From Balanoglossus misakiensis (taxonomy: Eukaryota > Animalia > Hemichordata), in contig CM082576.2 in the NCBI GenBank assembly GCA_040954595.2, positions 20,623,114 through 20,687,113 of the forward strand: a DNA stretch of 64,000 nucleotides, read 5' to 3'. The position numbers and the translations under genes were made by a program. Positions 54,216-64,000 of this stretch are shown piece by piece. Every line of letters begins with the position of its first letter. Position 1 is the first letter of the stretch. The notes beneath the pieces were generated by a model, which searched no databases, was not told the origin of the DNA, and worked only from the letters and a program-made list of their open reading frames with translations.

Positions 54216-57200
54216 GACCGTTTAACACATCAACTCTAATCCTTGACCCTTGACCCTTAGATCCCTGATCTCCAACTCTTGAACTCTAACCCTTGACCTT
54301 TGACCCTTCAACCCTTGACCCTTGAACTATAACCTTTGACCCTTGAACTCTAATACTTGGTCAGACTGTTGTGCCTTCAACTCTAATCCTTGACCCTTGA
54401 ACCCTTGATCCTTGATCTCAAACTCTTGAACTCTAATCCTTAACCCTTGACCTTTAACCCATCAACTTTTGACCCCTTAACTCAAACTTTTTAACCTTTG
54501 AACTCTAACCCTTGACATTTGACTCTTGAACTACAACCTTTGACCCTAGAACTCTATCACTTGACAATTAAACTCTAATACATAGCAACTGACTCTTGGT
54601 CCCTTGAACCTTGAACCTTGACCTCTGACCCTTGAACCTTGAACCTTTGACCTTTGAACTCTAACCCTTGACCCTTGCCCCTTGACTCCTTGATTCTTGA
54701 TCTCCAACTTATGAAATCCAACCCTTGACCTTTGACCCTTCAAGCCTTGCCCCTTGACCCTTAACTCAAACATTTTGAACTTTGAACCCTAACCCTTGAC
54801 CTTTGACCCTTAAAATCTAACTTTTAACCTTGACCATGACCTTTAATCCTTGACCCTTGACCCATTGATACTTGATCTCCAACTCTTGAACTCTACCCCT
54901 TTATCTTTGAACCTTCAACCCTCAAACCCTGACCTATAACCCTTGACCCTTGAACTCTAATCCTTGGTCAATCCTTTGACCCTCCAACACTAATACTTGA
55001 CCCTTGACCCTTAACTCATTCTTTTTGAACTTTGAACCCTAACCATTGACCTTTGACCCTTCAAATCTAACGTTTAAAATTGACCTTTGACCTTTGACCT
55101 TTGAACCTTTGACCCTTGAACTTTAATCCTTGACCCTTGACCCCTTGATCCTTGATCTCCAACTCTTGAACTCTAACCCTTGAACTTTGACCCTTCAAAT
55201 CTAACTTATAACATTGGCCTTTGATCCTTGACCATTGACCCTTGACCCTTGACCCATTGACCCTTGGACTTTAATCTTTGACCCTTGACCCCTTGATCCC
55301 TGATCTCCAAATCTTGAACTCTCACCCATTACCTTTGAACCTTCAAATCTAACTTTTAATCTTGACCTTAGACCCTTGACTTTTGACCCTTGACCCTTTG
55401 ACCCTTATACTTTAATACTTGACCCTTGACCCCTTGATCATTGATATCCAACTCTTGAACTATAACCCTTGACCTTTGACCTTCAACCCTTGACCCCTGA
55501 CCTATAACCAATGACCCTTGAACTCTAATCATTGGTCAGACCGTTGAATTTAAACTCTTATCCTTGACCATTGACCCCTTGATCCTTAATCTCCAACTCA
55601 TGAAATCAAACCCTTGACCTTTGACTCTTCAACCCCTGCCCCTTGACCCTTAACTCAAACATTTTGAACTTTGAACCCTAACCTTTGACCTTTGACCCTT
55701 CAAATCTAACTTTTCACATTGACCTTTGACTTTTGACCCTTGAACCTTTGGCCCTTAAACTTTAATCCTTGACCCTTGACCCCTTGATCCTTGATCTCCA
55801 ACTCTTGAACTCTACCCCTTTACCTTTGAACCTTCAACCCTCGAACCCTGACCTATAACCCTTGACCCTTGAACTCTAATCCTTGGTCAATCCTTTGACC
55901 CTTCAACTCTAATACTTGACCCTTGACCCTTGACCCCTTGATCCTTGATCTCCAACTCATGAAATCCAACCCTTGACCTTTGACCCTTCAACCCTCGCCC
56001 CTTGACCCTTAACTCATACTTTTTGAACTTTGAACCTTAACCCTTGACCTTTGACTCAAATCAAACTTATAACATTGACCTTTGACCTTTGACCTTTGAC
56101 CCTTTGACCCTTGAACTTTAATCCTTGACCCTTGACCCATTGATGCTTGATCTCCAAATCTTGAACTCTACCCCTTGACCTTTGACCCTTCAAATCTAAC
56201 TTTTAACCGTGACCTTTGACCCTTGACCTTTGACCCTTGGCCCTTTGATCCCTGATCTCCAACTCTTGAACTCTAACCCTTGACCTTTGACCCTTCAACC
56301 CTTGACCCTTGAACTATAACCTTTGACCCTTGAACTCTAATACTTGGTCAGACTGTTGTGCCTTCAACTCTAATCCTTGACCCTTGAACCCTTGATCCTT
56401 GATCTCAAACTCTTGAACTCTAATCCTTAACCCTTGACCTTTAACCCATCAACTTTTGACCCCTTAACTCAAACTTTTTAACCTTTGAACTCTAACCCTT
56501 GACCTTTGACTCTTGAACTACAACCTTTGACCCTAGAACTCTATCACTTGACAATTAAACTCTAATACATAGCAACTGACTCTTGGTCCCTTGAACCTTG
56601 AACCTTGACCTCTGACCCTTGAACCTTGAACCTTTGACCTTTGAACTCTAACCCTTGACCCTTGCCCCTTGACTCCTTGATTCTTGATCTCCAACTTATG
56701 AAATCCAACCCTTGACCTTTGACCCTTCAAGCCTTGCCCCTTGACCCTTAACTCAAACATTTTGAACTTTGAACCCTAACCCTTGACCTTTGACCCTTAA
56801 AATCTAACTTTTAACCTTGACCATGACCTTTAATCCTTGACCCTTGACCCATTGATACTTGATCTCCAACTCTTGAACTCTACCCCTTTATCTTTGAACC
56901 TTCAACCCTCAAACCCTGACCTATAACCCTTGACCCTTGAACTCTAATCCTTGGTCAATCCTTTGACCCTCCAACTCTAATACTTGACCCTTGACCCTTA
57001 ACTCATTCTTTTTGAACTTTGAACCCTAACCATTGACCTTTGACCCTTCAAATCTAACGTTTAAAATTGACCTTTGACCTTTGACCTTTGAACCTTTGAC
57101 CCTTGAACTTTAATCCTTGACCCTTGACCCCTTGATCCTTGATCTCCAACTCTTGAACTCTAACCCTTGAACTTTGACCCTTCAAATCTAACTTATAACA

Positions 57201-59895
57201 TTGGCCTTTGATCCTTGACCATTGACCCTTGACCCTTGACCCATTGACCCTTGGACTTTAATCTTTGACCCTTGACCCCTTGATCCCTGATCTCCAAATC
57301 TTGAACTCTCACCCATTACCTTTGAACCTTCAAATCTAACTTTTAATCTTGACCTTAGACCCTTGACTTTTGACCCTTGACCCTTTGACCCTTATACTTT
57401 AATACTTGACCCTTGACCCCTTGATCATTGATATCCAACTCTTGAACTATAACCCTTGACCTTTGACCTTCAACCCTTGACCCCTGACCTATAACCAATG
57501 ACCCTTGAACTCTAATCATTGGTCAGACCGTTGAATTTAAACTCTTATCCTTGACCCTTGACCCCTTGATCCTTAATCTCCAACTCATGAAATCAAACCC
57601 TTGACCTTTGACTCTTCAACCCCTGCCCCTTGACCCTTAACTCAAACATTTTGAACTTTGAACCCTAACCTTTGACCTTTGACCCTTCAAATCTAACTTT
57701 TCACATTGACCTTTGACTTTTGACCCTTGAACCTTTGGCCCTTAAACTTTAATCCTTGACCCTTGACCCCTTGATCCTTGATCTCCAACTCTTGAACTCT
57801 ACCCCTTTACCTTTGAACCTTCAACCCTCGAACCCTGACCTATAACCCTTGACCCTTGAACTCTAATCCTTGGTCAATCCTTTGACCCTTCAACTCTAAT
57901 ACTTGACCCTTGACCCTTGACCCCTTGATCCTTGATCTCCAACTCATGAAATCCAACCCTTGACCTTTGACCCTTCAACCCTCGCCCCTTGACCCTTAAC
58001 TCATACTTTTTGAACTTTGAACCTTAACCCTTGACCTTTGACTCAAATCAAACTTATAACATTGACCTTTGACCTTTGACCCTTTGACCCTTGAACTTTA
58101 ATCCTTGACCCTTGACCCATTGATCCTTGATCTCCAAATCTTGAACTCTACCCCTTGACCTTTGACCCTTCAAATCTAACTTTTAACCGTGACCTTTGAC
58201 CCTTGACCTTTGACCCTTGGCCCTTTGATCCCTGATCTCCAACTCTTGAACTCTAACCCTTGACCTTTGACCCTTCAACCCTTGACCCTTGAACTATAAC
58301 CTTTGACCGTTGAACTCTAATACTTGGTCAGACTGTTGAGCCTTCAACTCTAATCCTTTACCCTTGACCCCTTGATCCTTGATCTCCAACTCTTGAACTC
58401 TAATCCTTAACCCTTGACCTTTGACCCATCAACCCTTGACACCTTAACTCAAACTTTTTAACCTTTGAACTCTAACCCTTGACCTTTGGCTCTTGAACTA
58501 CAACCTTTGACCCTTGAACTCTATCACTTGACCATTAAACTTTAATACATGGCGACTGACTCTTGGTCCCTTGACCCTTGAACCTTGACCTCTGACCCTT
58601 GAGCCTTGAACCTTTGACCTTTCAACTCTAACCCTTGACCCTTGCCCCTTGACTCCTTGATTCTTGATCTCCAACTTATGAAATCCAACCCTTGACCTTT
58701 GACCCTTCAACCTTTGCCCCTTGACCCTAAACTCAGACTTTTTGAACTTTGAACTCTAACCCATGACCTTTGACCCTTCAAATCTAACTTTTAATCTTGA
58801 CCTTTGACCCTTGACTTTTGACCCTTGACCCTTGACCATTTGACCATCATACTTTAATACTTGACCCTTGACCCCTTGATCATTGATATCCAACTCTTGA
58901 ACTATTACCCTTGACCTTTGACCGTCAACCCTTGACCCCTGACCTATAACCAATGACCCTTGAACTCTAATCATTGGTCAGACCATTGAACTTCAACTCT
59001 TATCCTTGACCCTTGACCCCTTGATCCTTAATCTCCAACTCATGAAATCAAACCCTTGACCTTTGACCCTTCAACCCCTGCCCCTTGACCCTTAACTCTA
59101 ACATTTTGAACTTTGAACCCTAACCCTTGACCTTTGACCCTTCAAATCTAACTTTTAACCTTGACGTTTGATTTTGAACTTTGAACCCTAACCCTTGACC
59201 TTTGACCCTTCAAATCTAACTTTTAATTTTGACCTTTGACCTTTGACCCTTGAACGTTTGACCCTGGAACTTTAATCTGTGACCCTTGACATCTTGATCC
59301 CTGATGTCCAAATCTTGAACTCTCACCAATGACCTTTGACCCTTCAAATCTAACTTTTAATCTTGTCCTTTGACCCTTGACTTTTGACCCTTGACCCTGG
59401 ACCTTTTGACCCTTATACTTAAATACTTGACCCTTGACCCCTTGATCATTGATATCCCACTCTTGAACTATAACCCTTGACCTTTGACCTTCAACCCTTG
59501 ACCCCTGACCTATAACCAATGACCCTTGAACTCTAATCATTGGTGGTCAGACCGTTGAACTTCAACTCTAATACTTAATCATTGACCCTTGACCCCTTGA
59601 TCCTTAATATCCAACTCATGAAATCAAACTCTTGACCTTTGACCCTTCAACCCTCGCCCCTTGACCCTTAACTAATACTTTTTGACTTTGAACCTTAACC
59701 CTTGACCTTTGACTCAAATATAATTTTTAACATTGACCTTTGACCTTTGACCCTTGAACTTTGATCCTTGACCCTTGACCCATTGATCCTTGATCTCCAA
59801 ATCTTGAACTCTACCCCTTGACCTTTGACCCTTCATCCCTTGACCCTTAACTCAAACTTCTAGAATTTTGAACCCTTACCCTTGACCTTTGACCC
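54216..59895 (-). repeat. Heptamer-based subtelomeric satellite (CCCTTGA/CCTTTGA/ACTCTAA on +), with ~1.99-kb higher-order repeat
   Basis: Reverse complement of the 32.9-38.4 kb satellite. Identical spurious ORFs at 54546 and 56533 (offset 1987) and a more diverged third copy from ~58220. Confidence 0.95.
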
Positions 59896-62800
59896 TTAGG
59901 GTTAGGGTTAGGGTTAGGGTTAGGGTTAGGGTTAGGGTTAGGGTTAGGGTTAGGGTTAGGGTTAGGGTTAGGGTTAGGGTTAGGGTTAGGGTTAGGGTTA
60001 GGGTTAGGGTTAGGGTTAGGGTTAGGGTTAGGGTTAGGGTTAGGGTTAGGGTTAGGGTTAGGGTTAGGGTTAGGGTTAGGGTTAGGGTTGGGGTTGGGGT
60101 TGGGGTTAGGGTTGGGTTAGGGTTAGGGTTAGGGTTAGGGTTAGGGTTAGGGTTAGGGTTAGGGTTAGGGTTAGGGTTAGGGTTAGGGTTAGGGTTAGGG
60201 TTAGGGTTAGGGTTAGGGTTAGGGTTAGGGTTAGGGTTAGGGTTAGGGTTAGGGTTAGGGTTAGGGTTAGGGTTAGGGTTAGGGTTAGGGTTAGGGTTAG
60301 GGTTAGGGTTAGGGTTAGGGTTAGGGTTAGGGTTAGGGTTAGGGTTAGGGTTAGGGTTAGGGTTAGGGTAGGGTTAGGGTTAGGGTTAGGGTTAGGGTTA
60401 GGGTTAGGGTTAGGGTTAGGGTTAGGGTTAGGGTTAGGGTTAGGGTTAGGGTTAGGGTTAGGGTTAGGGTTAGGGTTAGGGTTAGGGTTAGGGTTAGGGT
60501 TAGGGTTAGGGTTAGGGTTAGGGTTAGGGTTAGGGTTAGGGTTAGGGTTAGGGTTAGGGTTAGGGTTAGGGTTAGGGTTAGGGTTAGGGTTAGGGTTAGG
60601 GTTAGGGTTAGGGTTAGGGTTAGGGTTAGGGTTAGGGTTAGGGTTAGGGTTAGGGTTAGGGTTAGGGTTAGGGTTAGGGTTAGGGTTAGGGTTAGGGTTA
60701 GGGTTAGGGTTAGGGTTAGGGTTAGGGTTAGGGTTAGGGTTAGGGTTAGGGTTAGGGTTAGGGTTAGGGTTAGGGTTAGGGTTAGGGTTAGGGTTAGGGT
60801 TAGGGTTAGGGTTAGGGTTAGGGTTAGGGTTAGGGTTAGGGTTAGGGTTAGGGTTAGGGTTAGGGTTAGGGTTAGGGTTAGGGTTAGGGTTAGGGTTAGG
60901 GTTAGGGTTAGGGTTAGGGTTAGGGTTAGGGTTAGGGTTAGGGTTAGGGTTAGGGTTAGGGTTAGGGTTAGGGTTAGGGTTAGGGTTAGGGTTAGGGTTA
61001 GGGTTAGGGTTAGGGTTAGGGTTAGGGTTAGGGTTAGGGTTAGGGTTAGGGTTAGGGTTAGGGTTAGGGTTAGGGTTAGGGTTAGGGTTAGGGTTAGGGT
61101 TAGGGTTAGGGTTAGGGTTAGGGTTAGGGTTAGGGTTAGGGTTAGGGTTAGGGTTAGGGTTAGGGTTAGGGTTAGGGTTAGGGTTAGGGTTAGGGTTAGG
61201 GTTAGGGTTAGGGTTAGGGTTAGGGTTAGGGTTAGGGTTAGGGTTAGGGTTAGGGTTAGGGTTAGGGTTAGGGTTAGGGTTAGGGTTAGGGTTAGGGTTA
61301 GGGTTAGGGTTAGGGTTAGGGTTAGGGTTAGGGTTAGGGTTAGGGTTAGGGTTAGGGTTAGGGTTAGGGTTAGGGTTAGGGTTAGGGTTAGGGTTAGGGT
61401 TAGGGTTAGGGTTAGGGTTAGGGTTAGGGTTAGGGTTAGGGTTAGGGTTAGGGTTAGGGTTAGGGTTAGGGTTAGGGTTAGGGTTAGGGTTAGGGTTAGG
61501 GTTAGGGTTAGGGTTAGGGTTAGGGTTAGGGTTAGGGTTAGGGTTAGGGTTAGGGTTAGGGTTAGGGTTAGGGTTAGGGTTAGGGTTAGGGTTAGGGTTA
61601 GGGTTAGGGTTAGGGTTAGGGTTAGGGTTAGGGTTAGGGTTAGGGTTAGGGTTAGGGTTAGGGTTAGGGTTAGGGTTAGGGTTAGGGTTAGGGTTAGGGT
61701 TAGGGTTAGGGTTAGGGTTAGGGTTAGGGTTAGGGTTAGGGTTAGGGTTAGGGTTAGGGTTAGGGTTAGGGTTAGGGTTAGGGTTAGGGTTAGGGTTAGG
61801 GTTAGGGTTAGGGTTAGGGTTAGGGTTAGGGTTAGGGTTAGGGTTAGGGTTAGGGTTAGGGTTAGGGTTAGGGTTAGGGTTAGGGTTAGGGTTAGGGTTA
61901 GGGTTAGGGTTAGGGTTAGGGTTAGGGTTAGGGTTAGGGTTAGGGTTAGGGTTAGGGTTAGGGTTAGGGTTAGGGTTAGGGTTAGGGTTAGGGTTAGGGT
62001 TAGGGTTAGGGTTAGGGTTAGGGTTAGGGTTAGGGTTAGGGTTAGGGTTAGGGTTAGGGTTAGGGTTAGGGTTAGGGTTAGGGTTAGGGTTAGGGTTAGG
62101 GTTAGGGTTAGGGTTAGGGTTAGGGTTAGGGTTAGGGTTAGGGTTAGGGTTAGGGTTAGGGTTAGGGTTAGGGTTAGGGTTAGGGTTAGGGTTAGGGTTA
62201 GGGTTAGGGTTAGGGTTAGGGTTAGGGTTAGGGTTAGGGTTAGGGTTAGGGTTAGGGTTAGGGTTAGGGTTAGGGTTAGGGTTAGGGTTAGGGTTAGGGT
62301 TAGGGTTAGGGTTAGGGTTAGGGTTAGGGTTAGGGTTAGGGTTAGGGTTAGGGTTAGGGTTAGGGTTAGGGTTAGGGTTAGGGTTAGGGTTAGGGTTAGG
62401 GTTAGGGTTAGGGTTAGGGTTAGGGTTAGGGTTAGGGTTAGGGTTAGGGTTAGGGTTAGGGTTAGGGTTAGGGTTAGGGTTAGGGTTAGGGTTAGGGTTA
62501 GGGTTAGGGTTAGGGTTAGGGTTAGGGTTAGGGTTAGGGTTAGGGTTAGGGTTAGGGTTAGGGTTAGGGTTAGGGTTAGGGTTAGGGTTAGGGTTAGGGT
62601 TAGGGTTAGGGTTAGGGTTAGGGTTAGGGTTAGGGTTAGGGTTAGGGTTAGGGTTAGGGTTAGGGTTAGGGTTAGGGTTAGGGTTAGGGTTAGGGTTAGG
62701 GTTAGGGTTAGGGTTAGGGTTAGGGTTAGGGTTAGGGTTAGGGTTAGGGTTAGGGTTAGGGTTAGGGTTAGGGTTAGGGTTAGGGTTAGGGTTAGGGTTA

Positions 62801-63864
62801 GGGTTAGGGTTAGGGTTAGGGTTAGGGTTAGGGTTAGGGTTAGGGTTAGGTTAGGGTTAGGGTTAGGGTTAGGGTTAGGGTTAGGGTTAGGGTTAGGGTT
62901 AGGGTTAGGGTTAGGGTTAGGGTTAGGGTTAGGGTTAGGGTTAGGGTTAGGGTTAGGGTTAGGGTTAGGGTTAGGGTTAGGGTTAGGGTTAGGGTTAGGG
63001 TTAGGGTTAGGGTTAGGGTTAGGGTTAGGGTTAGGGTTAGGGTTAGGGTTAGGGTTAGGGTTAGGGTTAGGGTTAGGGTTAGGGTTAGGGTTAGGGTTAG
63101 GGTTAGGGTTAGGGTTAGGGTTAGGGTTAGGGTTAGGGTTAGGGTTAGGGTTAGGGTTAGGGTTAGGGTTAGGGTTAGGGTTAGGGTTAGGGTTAGGGTT
63201 AGGGTTAGGGTTAGGGTTAGGGTTAGGGTTAGGGTTAGGGTTAGGGTTAGGGTTAGGGTTAGGGTTAGGGTTAGGGTTAGGGTTAGGGTTAGGGTTAGGG
63301 TTAGGGTTAGGGTTAGGGTTAGGGTTAGGGTTAGGGTTAGGGTTAGGGTTAGGGTTAGGGTTAGGGTAGGGTTAGGGTTAGGGTTAGGGTTAGGGTTAGG
63401 GTTAGGGTTAGGGTTAGGGTTAGGTTGGGTTAGGGTTAGGGTTAGGGTTAGGGTTAGGGTTAGGGTTAGGGTTAGGGTTAGGGTTAGGGTTAGGGTTAGG
63501 GTTAGGGTTAGGGTTAGGGTAGGGTTAGGGTTAGGGTTAGGGTTAGGGTTAGGGTAGGGTTAGGGTTAGGGTTAGGGTTAGGGTTAGGGTTAGGGTTAGG
63601 GTTAGGGTTAGGGTTAGGGTTAGGGTTAGGGTTAGGGTTAGGGTTAGGGTTAGGGTTAGGGTTAGGGTTAGGGTTAGGGTTAGGGTTAGGGTTAGGGTTA
63701 GGGTTAGGGTTAGGGTAGGGTTAGGGTTAGGGTTAGGGTTAGGGTTAGGGTTAGGGTTAGGGTTAGGGTTAGGGTTAGGGTTAGGGTTAGGGTTAGGGTT
63801 AGGGTTAGGGTTAGGGTTAGGGTTAGGGTTAGGGTTAGGGTTAGGGTTAGGGTTAGGGTTAGGG

Positions 63865-63905
<41 letters not shown>

Positions 63906-64000
63906 GGTTAGGGTTAGGGTTAGGGTTAGGGGTTGGGTTAGGGTTAGGGTTAGGGTTAGGGTTAGGGGGTTAGGGTTTGGGGGTTAGGGTTTGGGTTAGT
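59896..64000 (+). repeat. Telomeric (TTAGGG)n array, G-strand running toward the window end
   Basis: About 4.1 kb of near-perfect TTAGGG beginning at ...ttgaccc|TTAGGG. There is a small TTGGGG cluster near 60088-60116, scattered 1-nt indels, and a noisy last ~130 nt. Confidence 0.99.

Noticed and set aside
59889-60371. 160-aa VR/GL dipeptide ORF
   Set aside because: It is a translation of TTAGGG from a TTG start, with no evidence of a gene.
63870-64000. Variant repeats at the extreme end
   Set aside because: Most likely low-coverage sequencing error at the contig tip.

Overview
This is a eukaryotic (metazoan) chromosome end, not prokaryotic DNA. Positions 1-32.9 kb hold a segmentally duplicated, decayed multi-exon locus: Cys-rich Ephrin_rec_like/GCC2_GCC3-type exons followed by many single-exon, phase-1, 8-cysteine EGF-like repeats. 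The window shows the tail of one copy (1-~600), copy A (~4.1-20.0 kb) and copy B (~20.3-32.5 kb). These are interrupted by L2/CR1 LINEs, a truncated Gypsy LTR element, Helentron-like elements and several MITEs, and three of the MITEs have an empty site in the other copy. Positions 32.9-59.9 kb form a subtelomere built as a ~27-kb imperfect mirror: heptamer TCAAGGG satellite (+), C-rich ~0.5-0.6 kb satellite (+), AT-rich satellite core in alternating orientations with a piggyBac-like element at an inversion point, C-rich satellite (-), then heptamer satellite (-). It joins abruptly to ~4.1 kb of (TTAGGG)n at 59896-64000. The heptamer satellite is a dense array of GGGTCA-A-AGGTCA (nuclear-receptor DR1) motifs. 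No intact full-length gene, RNA gene or CRISPR array is evident. All alignments were made by eye, so boundaries may be off by a few bases.
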